Shown one piece after another: positions 23,001 to 38,100 of a stretch of DNA of 64,000 bases. The stretch's first letter is position 1. Each line of letters begins with the position of its first letter. The DNA lies in contig CM082587.2 in the NCBI GenBank assembly GCA_040954595.2, forward strand, positions 4,420,093-4,484,092. Reading direction: 5' to 3'. Both the position numbers and the translations under genes were made by a program. Under the pieces are notes generated by a model. That model saw only the letters and a list, made by a program, of their open reading frames with translations, was not told where the DNA came from and searched no databases. The stretch comes from Balanoglossus misakiensis. Taxonomy: Eukaryota; Animalia; Hemichordata.

Positions 23001-26000
23001 TACTAATAATGCTTCATAGACGTTCCATAAATGTTCATTTCAAAGGAGAGAAATCACAGCACTGTTGAAACATATCGAAAATCAGGTCATTCAAATTGCA
23101 AGGGTGTGTGTAATAGGTTACAGGAGACAATAAACTGTGCAACTTTAAAAACTAATTATCTTAACACCGTCAGCTGTTATTTCTTGGTTTTTACGACTGC
23201 GCTTCTAAACTTTTATTCGGTGTTCATGTTCTCCGTGTTGTGTTTTGTGTTAAACGAGACAGCAATCCAAAGTCGTCCCAGTTTTTTATGACCTGTACGG
23301 AATTCAGACGGGCTCAGTCGCAAAAATTTCTATTCTTGGAAGAACACGTCAGTGAAGGCAACCTACCAACTGCGTGTCCCGTGGGGAATTTCAAACTGAG
23401 AAGTCAGGAACTTGGTTTAAATTTAGAACGACCTGATGCACAGGTTGTGCTCGTCAACGTCTGGTCATAAATTTCATCGCGCGGGGGTCCGGGTGACCTC
23501 CTTCAGAAGATTTCAGAACAAGTAATCATGTGCAGAATATTTAACACTTGGTGTACCTCCAAGGTGACCGTGTATTGCGTGTGAAATGACAACTATTCTG
23601 TGAAATTCAGTTGGGATTTCATTTTCCGATGCAAACCACTACTGGTAAATAATTTAGTATTTATGATTTCACATCAATTTTTTATTGCGTTTTATTTTGG
23701 TTCTGTTTTCGGACAATACCGATCTAAATTTATCTGGAAAATATTGTAATATTGTGCCTGTTGAAAGAAATTTATTGTCCGAAAAAAACATTTCTCTCAA
23801 AATTTATTTATACAAGAATCAGGATGTGACTAAACAAGTGAAATTTACCTTGTTTACTTTGAATTTACAAGGCGTGATGAATGGCAGACCCATTGGATCA
23901 GAAATTATGATATTTTAGTGCCGGCTGTTACCTGGGCTTTGAAAACTCGAGCAAAACATTCTGCAGCACCACTTTTGATTTCAATACTTTATCTGTCTGG
24001 TCTCCCACTGTGCCGCAAAAAAAATCTGCAAAATAACAACTTGGTGACTCAGCACTAAATTCTCAGATAACAAGTTTGATTTTTGAAAATATGACACTTA
24101 CTTTATCAACTGGGAAAGATAGATGCCTGTTTTGGATATTATTATTGTGTATTTTAAGTTCATATTTTGCACTAGTCCATCTCAAGGTACGCTCTGATAT
24201 TCCAAATAACTTATTCTGTGCATGCAAAGTTATTTAGCATCGCCATGCCACCAACCTATGGGTGAAATCTCATTTGCGACTTGCAGTCATGTGTGACAAA
24301 TATGTCTGGTTTGCGTTCAAATGAAAATAAATGCAATGGAATTTTCACAGGTCTCTGATTAATTCATTAATTAAATAAATAAATTCAGCTGCTGGAAAAT
24401 TCAGAAAATTTGTTTGCTAGAAAAAATTTGCAGTTTGCCGCAGAAGATTAATTTACGTGGGTGGTGAATAGAGAAATTTACAAGCTGTTACACCGGTAAA
24501 AGATCATCACTTTTCTGATTTGTCTATACATGCTGGTTGTCAAAATAGAGCATGGAAAACTGACACTGAAGGATATTATGGGTGTATTTCTTCACTAAAA
24601 AAATAACCAAAACAAAGCACACAAAATAATATATAACGCATCATGCAAAGTCATTTATCTCAGTAGAGATGAATTATGAACTACTGGTATTCTTATGTAG
24701 GCAAGCACCAGATTGCTTTTGTCTCAGTAAGCCCCTAAGCTTGCGCCGTGATTGACAACCAGTGACATGACCGTTTTATCATCGGGCCATATTAGTTCAC
24801 CTCTCTGCTTGCTAATGATGGCTCGCCTGTGTTGAAACACGGACACCTAGTGATTGCCAGGGAATTATTGTGCAAACAGTTTGTGTCATCTGGTGTAACG
24901 GTTTCACTGGGATTGATTGTCTCCTGATGCGATACGTGGCTGCCCCAGTTTTGCCGTGTCCATGGACGCACGCACCCCCATCCCCCAACCTGTAGAGAGA
25001 CCCATGTCTGTAGAAACTGATACATTGCGTAGCAAACAGTAGTTACAGCCTAATATGGGGTGTATTTCACTATACCCATTTTCAAGACACATGTATTAGT
25101 GAAAAGGGTGGTTTATCTCAGACAGATAGACAGGCAGACAGACAGACAGATGTGCATTGAGTTAGTTCTGGCAATATAGGCCCATATCAGTGAGGCACCT
25201 TTTCATCAGAAGTTTGGGGTACTTGCTTTTTCAGCTGTATAGGACTGTTAATCTATTATGACATTTGGCTGTTTTATAGGATATTCAGAAATGTAGTACA
25301 AAAAAGAACAACACTATATCAAACAAGTCTGATGTAAAATAACCCACAGAAGATGCTCTATCAGAATAATAGACAACAACTAACATTCACCAAGTAATTC
25401 ATTTTAACCTTTCCAACATGCCCCATTTTATTGATGCTAATAAATCTTTGCTGTCACCATGAATCATGAGCAGCTGTACCTGTATTGATGAAAAAATCCA
25501 CATTTAACCCATTTTGTTTGTTATTGTTACTATAAATAGCCCAGAATGGGCGAATAACATCGGATAAGGCTTAAGGTGGAAATAGGCCTTGCATCATGAA
25601 TGCATGCAACGGATGCAGTACAGCATTTATTGACGATTTCCATTGACAAAACAACACAAGGGGATCTCTTGAAGCAGCTAGTAACCCTGGATTATCTGCA
25701 GCTAAAAATAACTCTGTCGTGCTCTTTGACACAAAGCTGCTGTGGTTTTTTATTTGAACTGGCATCGAAAATGCTATACAGTCTGTCAAAAGAACAGCAG
25801 TCTGCTTAAAACGGTGCTTCGAGAGAATATGCACCTCGACCAATTGCAACTGCACACATGCTAACTCTGAACACATCAAAGAAATCTATGACGCAGATCG
25901 TCATCTCTGATGGAACATTGTCCACAGCTCCATTAGAGCCCCTGATATCAAGATAAAAAAAATGCTGTCAAAACAGCACCATTTTCAATCTTGTCTGAGT

Positions 26001-28423
26001 GATGGCCGTGTTATAAAATCACGATTTGCCTTCTATTTTCAGACTTTTTTTCCACGTCGGGTGAAAAAGCTCCATTTATAACTCTGCAAACGTGCTTCTG
26101 TCAAATTCGATGCGGCGCGAGGTTTTATGGCTTTAGAAAAGTGTCAGGGTTGTTCAGCATCAGAAACTAAGTCGCCGTAACCTCCTTGTGTCGTTGGAAA
26201 GAAATTACTTGGCGGCTGGGTTTCGAATTCTGGGCCTTTAGTCGTGGAAAACTCAGCAAATGTGCCCAAAAAATCAATAATTGGCAGTTCCCCAAAGTTT
26301 GAGTGAACACATTTACAGTGTTCTGTATAAACACTGACTTAATCTAATGTAAGTCTTTGTCAATTAGTCCCGTGTGCTGTGCAGAGCGAGCAGATGGATT
26401 TTCATTGTAATTGGCAGGTTCTTAGTTTGACTGACCCAACACCTTGATCTTTGCCCAGATAGGGGATTGCTTAAATCAGCAACTTCATAAAGTAGTGAAC
26501 ACACTGCTGCAGCTAAGTCAGTTTTATCAGTTTAGGAAAGATTTGCTACAAAACAAGCACGTCATATAATAATCCTAAGTAATAGAGACTACATCCCTCT
26601 CACAATCAGTGGACTGTACGATATTCATTCGAACAGCAACTGTACAGCAGTGCACTGTGGGATAGGTGGCGTCAACCATACTCGCCACGCTCTCGATATT
26701 TAACTCCATCCATGCCAAGAGACACTTCAGTCTACAGATGGGAAATTCTTTTTTTTTTTTTCGTTTGCTAATGGTAATTGCTGGGTAATTGCCTCGGGTT
26801 GACGAACTTTCTTCGTAGCCAGCGTGCTTTGTGTTCGGTGGTTGTTTTTCGCGTGTAGACAGCAGTCACTGATTAGTGGTTTCAGGTAAATTCCTTATTC
26901 ACAAGTGACCCTGTGGAATACTGCAGAGAGCAATCAGGAGATGTCCAGCAGTATGTTTCCGACGGAACGTTGTCGGCCAGATATGCAGCCTTACACCGGT
27001 CCTCAGAAGTCAGACGCCTGATAATCAGCTGTTTCTTGATTTTTTTTGGGGGGGGGGGAGGGTGAGGGGGGGGGAGAGAACGGGAGAACGTTGAGGTTTT
27101 CATGTAAATAGTCTATGAAATCCAATTTTCGTTTAATAAATTTTAAATCCTCTGCATTTTAACAGTACGATTTATTAGATTTCAGAATGTCTGTGAACTC
27201 CTGTCGTTCTGATGCACCGAGTCCTTGGATTGCAGTGACCAATGAAATTTACAAGGGGATTAACAAGTCAGATGTTAACGCAGGCAATCTTACAACTGTT
27301 AATTTAACCTGATCTAATCAAAGCTACACTCAATGCCCTGGGATCAATGCAGTGTGTGTGTCAAACCAATTACAACAATCAGCTCCGTTCAATCAATTTA
27401 GGACGCTACTAGTATTACCCCAGTTGCATGAAATTTCCCAGGCAAGTGATCGTTGTAAAGTGAATTAGCTCATTAAAGCTTCCAGCCTCATTTTACGGAC
27501 ATCGTGCTTGATGAGCGGTTGTTATTAGTGTTTATTGAGGGACTGGAATGCGAGGGATGAGGAGGGAGGGGCATAAAATTGGAAAAATCAGGTTATTCTT
27601 TGAAGAAAATATATCAAGATTGATGTTTTACAGTTTAATTCTCTTAACATTTCCCTACTATGACTCTTGTGAGCTTAGTACTATTGCTGACACTACTCTC
27701 ATGTTAAAAGTAAATATACTTTCTACGAGGCCCTTGTATTACTTTGTAAAAACTTCAGGATGTATATCCTACATTTTCTAAGTCATATTACTTGTCTTCT
27801 ATTGAGTTAAAACTTATAATGTTTGGTGAAATCTTCTAAAAGCTGACTTCAGTATATCCATGTGTGTGGGGGGGGGACTGTGGGTAAAGAAATACTCCAC
27901 CACATTTTTTAATCTGGGGTTTTTCTAGTCGCGCGATCGCTCGTTCCGGCGATCCCTGCGACCGTTAATGCGTCACACACGACACAGACTACCAGACAGA
28001 TAATTAAATTACAGGAGAAATGAAATCCAAACAGATGTAAATGATATCCAACCGCAGCGGGGACTGACACGGAAAGTCTCGTGTCAGTTCTCCGAGGGGG
28101 ATTTTCCTCCTTGATTTGTGTCTTAATCTAAAATTGAATCGGGTCTCACCTTACTCTCCGAAACTGCCCCAGGAATTTGTAAAATTAAACCAACATTAAG
28201 GCAGATCAGACACACAGGTGCAGTGTGTGGCTTGTTGTTTGCCCAACAGGAAGTATGCTTTGTTACTAATATTTGATAAACTCCACCTTTAGCACATTTT
28301 TAAATATAGCTTGTTAGGTATATGATATCATCTTGTTTATCTCAATTTTTTCCGGTGAATAAAAAGTTAATACCAAAGACCTATAAGTATGCGCAATGTA
28401 AAGTTTGTTTACCTCCATTTGCT

Positions 28424-28494
28424 TCTATAGAGGTCCAACATTGCCATAGAAAACAATGGATTTGGACTAAACCATGGCAGTGAACAGGTTTTAA
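28424..28494 (+). mobile_element. Truncated copy 3 of the 93-bp TTAA MITE
   Basis: ctatagaggtccaac..gccatagaaaacaatggatttggactaaaccatgg..gtgaa matches the core of 7941-8033. Confidence 0.75.
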
Positions 28495-29012
28495 TAATTT
28501 TCTCATCCCCACCCCCTCCTTTCTGGTCGTTCATATATGAATGGAACAGTCTGTTTTGTCTGCTCCTGAGTGACCAGCAATGGGTAAAAACGAGCAGTAC
28601 GTGCTATAATGTTTTTTTTCATTATTAATCCCCCCAGGCGTTATCAAATCTGTCATTTTGAAAACAACAATATTAGCAACCCATTAACATTTCTGACGGA
28701 TTCATTACGTTTCCATCTGATATAGCTTAGAGAATGAATTGCACTGATGGAAAAGAGCATGAAATTAAATTTTGTTCTGTTCTGCCACAACCAAGCGTGA
28801 ATGGAATGTTTGAAATTGGATTTCAGTTTTAACATTCCCATCATTTTTTCTGCTGGATTTTCTTTATTCTGTTGAATTCTGAATTTAGAACAGAATGATT
28901 TGTGTCCTGGAAGAATAAAGTCAGTTTTTGGTGACTCTTGAATTGAAATAGAAGTTTTGTGTCGTAAACCCCTTCGATATGGTGCTACGCTGAGATGAAA
29001 ATGTGAACAAAG

Positions 29013-29098
29013 TTTCACCCTCAGTTCCCTCTTAAGAGGTCCAACCTTACCATAGAAAACCGTGGGTTTGGACTGAACCATGGTGGTGAAAGGGTTAA
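29013..29098 (+). mobile_element. Near-complete copy 4 of the 93-bp TTAA MITE
   Basis: tttcaccctcagttccctc..agaggtccaacc..catagaaaac..gtttggactgaaccatggtggtgaaagggttaa matches copy 1; the left terminus is eroded. Confidence 0.8.
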
Positions 29099-32000
29099 AC
29101 GTTATCTAGAAATGGTAGTGCCAGCAAGAAAGCATTTTATTCTTAATCAAAATGTCATTATTGCTACCCCAGCCCCAAAGGTGCTGCACTCATCTCCCCT
29201 TGTCAGAAAGTCGACTGATCCAACTAAAAAGTATGCAGTAGTTTAGAACATCCCTGGTTTTGACGGAAATTGTATAGACTGGGGACGATTCCACAATGAA
29301 AACAGGTAGATAATCATGTGTCACTGTTTGTGTGCACAATGATATTCTATCAAGAACTTTGTATTGCTACACATCAACCTGCCTTGAAATGCCCCAGGTG
29401 GTTGTCAATTATTATTTTTTCCATTTTCTCATCAAAGAATAAATTATCATGCACCCTGTGATAACTATAAGTACTATAATGATTATAAGCCTTTAATTAA
29501 TGACATTTACTATAATACTGCTAAATATCAGAATTTTATTTTCTTTGATAGAAATTAATAGTGAAAATTTGATGGGGATAATATGATCTGTATAAACGTG
29601 TGAAACAATAAAGCAGCTTTTGACGGCTTGCGTTGTGTTTTGATCTGTCAGACGGGGGGCACGGGAGCAAGCGTTATTACGAATGGCTGTTCTGTTGAGT
29701 ACGTACCTCCCACTGGCAGCCGTGACAGGTTTTATATCAACAATGCCACACTGCAATTGGGATCATTGTATATACAGTGAGTTTGTGTTTAAGTGAAAGC
29801 GACGGAGAAAGAGAGAGTGGGAGAGAGGGAGAGTGAGAGATCCTGTACGGCTGGATATTCACACACGAAACTCAAGTTCTATGGGACAAACAGAGAGAGA
29901 GAAGTGTGTGTGGCCAGCATTCAGCTCCTCAGAATTTCATCCACCAAACTGGTTCTCGTTCACTTTCTTTGGCAAATGTGCCTGGAAAAAGATGTACCAC
30001 CCCACAGTCATGCTTGACTGAAGCAATGAACTCGGAAAGCCAGCCTGGAATTTGTGTGAATTTCCGTCGAATTTGTTAACTACCGGATAAATAATAGGAA
30101 AGAAGCTATTTTTGGAGATAGAGGGAGAGAGAAATATTATAAAAAAATGGCTCATTCCGGAGAAGTTGGGAATGAGAAATCATCATCCCGAGGACAACCG
30201 TCAATGTCACCTGTGATGGAGAGATTAGGGGTAGGAAATTTAAAGTTCATTTGGTAACCTACATTATGTGCATGTATAGATGTATGGCACGTGCATACAC
30301 ACACACACACGTGCTCATAGATGCAGAATCTCACTTTTGTTTATATCGTTTACACAGATATAACAACTTCCTGTGGTCAATATTTTTGCAAACAGTCATA
30401 ATACTCTGATTGACTTTTATCATTTATTGATTTTTTTTTCTATCCAAGTGAAAACAATGTCACTGAAATCAAAATGCAGGTAATCAGTGTTTTGCTGATT
30501 TTCACCTGTTTCCCCCAATCGATCTGCATATTTGGTCTAGTCTTTCCATTAAAAAAACACCGTGGGTTTTACGAAACATGGCAGAAACAGACTAATAGCC
30601 ATCCAATATTTACACGGATGATTATAGAATAAAAATACCGCCATTGAAGTTTTCCTCACGACCAAGTCTCTATGTGTATTTACATGACAAATTAGCACAA
30701 GCACTCAGTCGGCGATATTGATTCCATTTTTCATCATGTCCATTGCACTGCAGTGTGTTTTATCATTCCGCTGAGTGCGAAATAAATTCATAAAAGACGC
30801 GAATTAAATTTTGATTACATCAGAGTATTGCCGGGTATTAACGCACACAGTCACCCGTCGCAATGGAATGCCCAGGCGCACTTCTATAGAAGCACAAAAG
30901 ACAGCCGGGGAAAATAAAAAAGACGAATGATGACATAGAAGTGTAATTAACTTTTATGTCAACTCATTCAGTAAATTTGTGTGCTAAAAATATTTATACA
31001 TAAGCAAATAGAAGTAAAAATTTTTACACTAGTGCTTAAGTTTATTGCAATTTTGATTGAATTGTGAAAATTTGGTGGCCATCGTTGCCATGGCAACTAT
31101 GGATCAAAGTCAGAGAAAGTGTTTTTAGCCAGGACAAGGCACAAGGTGGGGTTAGGGAGAGTCGTGTCTCTGTTTGGAGAGGGGAGGCATGTGTTTGGCT
31201 TTCGCTGGTATGAGAAACACGCTGTTTTTGTTGTGTTTGGACCTAAACACAGCCGACGCTTGTGTATATACAATGTAACAGCTAGGTCAGTGGAACCAGG
31301 GCACAGTTGCAGAAAATGAGCGAAATCCGTCAGGCACTGTGAAGCCGAGAATCATCTCATATGATGAAAACGAAAAACAAGAGAAGATTCTCTCACTGCC
31401 TCTGGTTTGCTGTGCTGGGCTGGTTCTGTGCGGGACACTGATGCAGCATTCAATACAGAACCAGCAGAGCATAGAGCCAGCTTTAAGCTTTGCTGGCTAA
31501 AGCCTGACCAAGAATGATTTGGTATTTGAGTACTTATAATGATATATATAGCCAGCAAGAGGACTGTGAGAACCGCTAGTCGATTGAATCTGCGTTTGTT
31601 TATTTCCACGCTCTGTGAGTCAAATTTCTGTTTGTAGAACGCAGAAATTGAGAAGAGGGATTCCACGATTAGTGCTCGGATCAGTGACGTGTGAAACATA
31701 CTTTGACCATTTCTCATTGTTCAGTCGCTGTGACTCACACTGATCTACTCTTAGAGTCTCACTGCAGTCTGTCGATTCTGATGCACTGGAGGGAGGCTCA
31801 ATAATATTTTGGGCTGGAATAGATGATAGTTAGATACTGTGCATTGTCATCTTTGGGGCTGTGGGCCACATGATGTGTGCCATCCCAGTCATCGTGTGTG
31901 GAATTTATACTGTGTGAGTTTTCAGCGGAAAAAGGTGAATTATGTGCCGTGGTGGGAGGTTTCATCTGTATCTGCGACAAGATAGAAATGCAATTGTATG

Positions 32001-34937
32001 TCTTCAGTAGGGGTTGATGATATCCTCATGGCTTCTCTGCCTGCAAGGCTAGCATCGGATTTCTTTGATGTCGTCCAGGCAGTATGAATTTTTGAATTAA
32101 AAAATAATGACACGCTGGAGCATCAAATATTGTCTGTATAATCCCTCAGAGAAAGTCTGCAGTTTGCCGCTGGCCCACACATACAAAAAAATAACAACAC
32201 AACAGACATCTGTGTTGAAAAATATTACATGCCAGAAAAAGATTCTAACAGAAATGTTTTACTATACTGAAAAAAGCAACATGTACATCAATATTTTATA
32301 CCAGTGCGTTTGGAGTACAAAAATAGATTTACGAGAATCAGTTCTCAGCGGCAGGCCTTGTGCGCACAATAAATTTAGATGAAAATTTACTCATGTGCAT
32401 GATTTCTGTCGGATAGTCTGTCTGAAATGGTAGAGTCAGTCACAGCCCTGTGCCAGGACTGTGTGCCATCTTCTTTCTGGTTTTGCAAACAAAAAAAATA
32501 ATAGTGTGGATGATGACCTACTCTGTCTTAAAGTTTTATTATCATCTTTAGCTGAAACAATACATAAAGCTTCGCTTCACTGCCCTTTGTAGGAAGTCAC
32601 AGCAATCCATCAAAACAGTACAACATATACTTCTGGGAAACATCCCACGAAGGCCGTGCGGGCTTCCGTCACCGGACCCGTTCTCAAGCCTGTCTCCAGG
32701 GGAAAATGTGCGCCTGAAAGAATAAGCTGTAACACTGTGGAGAGATAGAGATCTCCAAAGCCCCGCTTTCTTAAAAGAGCTAAGTCATGTGATTAGGTTG
32801 CCAGTTGCATTCGTCTGTTTTGTATGTAACGCCAGGCAGCTAGCCGAGCTGCTTTTGTTTGCCGTCTGTGTAATTTTCTATGAATTAGTTGCAACTGACA
32901 GAGAGTGCAGTGCTTTCTCTCCGGTATATTGCTCTCGTCACCTACTTTTCCCACGGGTTATCCTTGAACCGGCACCGGCTGTCAAAACGTGAAAGTAAAC
33001 ACCCGTGCCGCATGTTTTAAACCTAATGAGTAGAATATATTGCATTCCCCCCCCCCTCCAAATAAAAATAACTGAAGCTTCATTTTGTACTAAAATTGCA
33101 AAAAAAGCATGCTTACTAGACAGATATGAATGCAAGTGAAAGAGGGAAGACATTTTGGACTTTCAAAGGGCAAGGCAGCCATCTTTTGAGGATATACCAA
33201 GTGCTTTGGTTACTACTTTCTGAATGTGCTTGATCGCCTGGTTGCCATAGCTACATGTATGTTAACACCATGTGCATTAAAGCGAGGATGAAGGACTTGA
33301 ATGACGTATGTAGTATTAGTACTATACTGTACTGTAAACTATGTCACGAGGGAATGTGTTACAGCTTTGAGTGAGTGTATTAAAGCTGCTAACTAGCAGC
33401 AAGATTCACCAAACCAGTGTTGTGTACATTTTGCTGGACTTTGGCAGACCCCCTGATTTGACTGTACAGTGCTCAGAAGTTCGATAGACAGATAGTTGAT
33501 TTGTCAAGTCTTATCGTGCCCAGCGCTTGGCTCTGAATCATTGACATGATCACGAAGTTGCTAGAGGCAAAAGTTTTATCAGTAAATTTCTACTTCACCC
33601 AGAAATTGGCATTTGTGTGCCAGCTCCAAGGTACATGAAGTGTGTTCAGATTATGATGTACAGTTGTATGACTAAGTTTTCACTTTAAAATGTTTCTCTA
33701 GGATCAGAGTTGCGTCAGTAAATCATCTGAGATAAGTCCGACCCGTGAACTGTTTGTTTGAAAATATTTCACTGACAATTGGACAATTTATGCCGGAGAT
33801 GCCCGTCTACATACCTCCACGCTCATTCTTTATTATCATTCAGAAATCTTGCGAGTAGCGATAAATATTCAGAACAACCACAGGAAAGAGCGACAAACTG
33901 TCGAATGAAGTGGCGTGGGATGCGGCTCGCGGGCCGAATGAGTGATTGGGCCGAGATTAGCGTAGTGATCCACTCATCCAGTGAGTGCGAGGAAAATTGA
34001 GATGGCAAGAAAAGAGTTCATGGCGGAGATTGCTGCTGAATTTTAAAGAAAAATGAGGCAGATTTATAAAAATGCGTTTCGTGAAGAATTGGAGAAAGTG
34101 CAGCAGGGCTAGTTAAATGAGTGGGTGTTTCTACATCACTGGAGAGGAAGTTATACATGCAACTCTGCTGTCATCAAAATAGAAAAAAAATCCTGAGTAT
34201 TGACAGAAGGCTCCAGTTTCTTCCAATGTTTCAAGGTCAATTTTGAATACACACTGACAAGGAGCTTGGGCAGACTTGAGGGAATAGAGTTTTGGTTTCA
34301 ATTTACATGCTAGTGAGGGCTGTAATGGATATATTGAAGTATGAGAAAACAGAACATCTGTCTGATTTTTTGTAAGCATAGTAGGTAGGGTTATGTTTAT
34401 GTTTTCTGGATGTTTTTTCAAGTTTAACCTTCAGTCCATAATGTCATAATTTCGTGAAAAAATATTCCATTGGGTTTTTCTTAATCCAACAGAACATTTT
34501 TATAGCATTAACATTTTTTATTGCTTTTGGGGTACTCTTTTATTAAACCATTTCAATAAAAATATCCCAATCATTAGCGAAAACTGACCTGTACTTCAGA
34601 GAGCAAATATATAAAATTTGAAGATTTAACAAAGACACAGCAGATTACAAGTGATGATGTAATGAAAGTGGGCTGTTAAATTTTGTGTTGAATTTTTGCC
34701 TCCGATGTTGTGATGTCATTTGAAAATCACGTCACGCAGAGTTTGTTAGTCTATGAGAGATTAGGGTCAGATTTTCCCTTCGATCATCAATGCATTTTCG
34801 ATGCAATTTAATTTGTATTTCTGTGTGGGCTGGAGTAATCTGATGATGATGTGGCAATGGTGGGTGGATGAATTCAGCCAAGCAGTGCAGTGGGTACACG
34901 TTGATTGAAATTTGCCCTTTCCATCCCTTTCTGTGTA

Positions 34938-35115
34938 CAGTAAAACCTGTTTACACTGGTCAATGAAGGGACTGAAGAAATTGTTCGGTTTGTAGAGGTG
35001 TCCAGTTTATAGAGGTTCTTTTATGGTGCAGCGTTCTATGTGAAAGGGACTGGACAATGTTCAGTACAGACAGGTTTCTGGATTCGACAGGGTTCGGATC
35101 AGACAGGTTTTACTG
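34938..35115. mobile_element. ~180-bp MITE with CAGT-start terminal inverted repeats (Tc1/mariner-like)
   Basis: TA-CAGTAAAACCTGT ... ACAGGTTTTACTG, a perfect 13-bp TIR; the right-hand TA duplication is not intact. A possibly related fragment (taaaacctgtc...acacaggtt) lies at ~9432-9510 in a HENMT1 intron. Confidence 0.6.
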
Positions 35116-38100
35116 ACCATGGATCAAAACTGTGTAGGGCTGGCTAGATTGGTGCTCGTGGGAAGGCAAAAGCCCTAGCCTGCAGGGGTGAATATTCGTG
35201 TTGCACTGTACAAAAGGACTATCACCTTGTTGTGTAAAACCCACAGCTGAGCCATGAAAGGGACAATTATCACACAGCCAAGAGGTTGTTGATAAGCCCA
35301 GGCCCTGTTTACACGCAAGAAGGTTTCGCCTTTCTGAACGGAAATAGATTTTTTTCCCTTTTTAGTGAACATCCTTGACGTATGTGCCTCTTGAGTGCCG
35401 TCCAGAAATAAAACTCTGAAGTATCGAGAAAAACATAATTTGATGGGGGTAATTTCTGTAGATATGATGTAAATCTTGTCGCCATGGTCACCGTTTTCTG
35501 TCAGTGTTGTGACATTCACGGACACTGATTTGGTTCGTGTACTGTTGCATTATTAATCCATGAAGGTTTAACAAGAGGTGGTAATGATGGGTAGTATAGA
35601 CAGAGATTGACAACTTTTTGACACCCACATCAGTGTATGGTGATTATCTCGTCAAGAAACAGAGAATTACGACAGAGATGGCCACCAGAGGAAAAAAATC
35701 CAGTGATATTACAATCTCCGAGGCTGCTGCTACGTTAAAGAACCCCCACCAATAAAATCCACTATAACCAGCACAGCTTTTACCAAGTACGTATGAAAGG
35801 CAAATTAGTCTATTGAAACAAGACAAGGCTTTTTTTTCTCACAAAGGGCATTGATGCTTGTGAGCAATCATTTGATGACAGTGTATGGTTTACACGGTTG
35901 AATTGGTTTCTTAAACAGGATCCCTATCTAAAGTGGCCACTGCTCAGCAGCTTTTGTCCTCACCATTCTGTAGCAAATTAAGTTAAAAGTCTTTTATGAT
36001 GGAAACGATAAACGTTTTCATTAAAGTCTGCAACAGCGACAATGCCCTGTGACGTCCCCTTAACAAATTAATAGACAGCCAGATCTTAAAATATGCGACA
36101 CAGTTTTCGGGGTGAAGTGTCTCTATAAACACATTCTTGGTGATCGCTGTCTTGTCATCACGTCAGAGAAAGTACTGTCAACTCGAACCCAGACTCCCGC
36201 TAGTGTTGTCTGTTTGTTGTGGAATCTGCCAATGCAGAATGTTTATTTTCGGAAAGATGAGAAAAAGGAGTCCAAAATCCTCGGCTGGAAGAGTTCCAGA
36301 TGGGACATGTCAAAGTTTATTGAAAATGCTGTATTGAATCTCAACGATAAAGCCACACCGACTTTGTCATTTGGGTCACATGTGACTTTGTGGAAGCCAG
36401 TCAGTGTGCGACTGTCCTCTGTGTCACAAGACAGAGTACACCATGAACTGGTATTAGCAGAATTGTTGTAAATAACACCACACAAAAATTTTGTTCCAAA
36501 CTTTGTTACAAACAAGTTTGTATTTTCCCTCTAGAAAGTGTCAACTCTGTAACTTATAATAAGACGCAAGCAGCTAGGGACGGTTGTTTTAATACATTAT
36601 GGCTATCTCTTCGAAGACAAATTGACAAATTAAGACAAGTGACAAGCAGAACTGATAAAATATATTGGAATGTCCTGACAAATTACAAATCAGTTCACAT
36701 GGCAAATCCAAATTCTGAAAAAGATAACTTATGATTAGTTTTCTTCCGAAGAATTTTCTGAACGTATTAATTTGGTTGTGATCTGCATATGGAAATAATT
36801 TCACCTGTCATAAAAATTTTATGTTTGGAATTCTGCACTGACCCCAAGGAGGGAAGGGAGTTTGATAAAAACCACAGAGACACAGAACTCAGACAGTACG
36901 ACGCCAGCTTAAACCAATTGAGAAATTTGGAATTCTGATCTAAGGGAGCTCTGACGCAAAACTGGGCAGAGTTTAAACATGGATGATACTCGCAGATTAT
37001 TTAATTTTGGGATGTCGGGAAGGTTCTGAAATTGGAGCTGGATTATAAATACATCAGTTAAAGCCCCATTAGCTGTGCCCTTTTGGAAGCCACCTGTCTC
37101 GAAATATCTTCAAACTGCCCCGGATATACATGAACCCTTTATTCCACTCAGTGAACAGTACTGTTGATAGAAGGACAGTGCACTAGCTGTGGTGTAAAAG
37201 CATCACTGCCCACTATGCATTCCAATATGGCCGCCTGTACCAGTTTGACGGATTTCCTCAGATATTTCTCCAGCAGAGCCTGTGGGATTGTACTTTCACA
37301 AGCTCACAGCCTTTATCTGCATCACACACGTAATGCAGAAACGTGAGGAAAGGCCAGTTTCATTCAGCAAAGATGAATATACCAGTTGGCAATAATACAC
37401 GTGTCACATTTGGTGAAAACCATTTCCCTTAGGGTACCTCCTGATTCCCATTCATGATCTCTCAGATTTTCTGCCAAAAATATGTTTCTTGAAGAATTAA
37501 CGTGCATGCCTCATGACAATTAAACAAAGGCAGAATATGTTTCCCCCAGGAGATGCAGCAGCGCAGAGGAAATGAGTCGTGCCACTCTATGTGAATGCAG
37601 GGTGTAATGAGTTTCCTCTTTGAAAAGCCTGAAAAGCTGGCTATTATTTGCCTGCTGTGAGCTTTTACACGTTTCTCTGTCTGCATCTGTTTTGATCTCA
37701 CTGCAGTAGGCTGACTTGGGACTATAGTGTATGGATGGTTATGATGTCATGTGATAATAACAGTAAAAAAGAGATAAAATTTAGGTCTTATGCCCTAGTC
37801 CACACTACTGTCACCCATTTTTACTGAGTCTGTAAATCATACAACCATTTCGCTTTCTCACATAATGAACCTTAATATGGCTGCTGAGTTTAGTTGGGCA
37901 GCAAATGGGTAAATTGTAATGCAGCCGTTTAGAGACACAGTTGATCATCAACGCAAATGTTGATGTTTTCTTGACGCTAATTCCGTGTGACACGTGTGAC
38001 CTCTGAAGTAAGATCGTTGTATATTTGATTTCATTCACGCCCCTTCACAGAGAAGATGAGGGTTTAAAATGTGAATCTAAGTTTACTCCGTGGAGTGCGC

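Noticed and set aside
28653-29081. 142-aa minus-strand ORF
   Set aside because: It starts inside MITE copy 4 and has no domain-like content.
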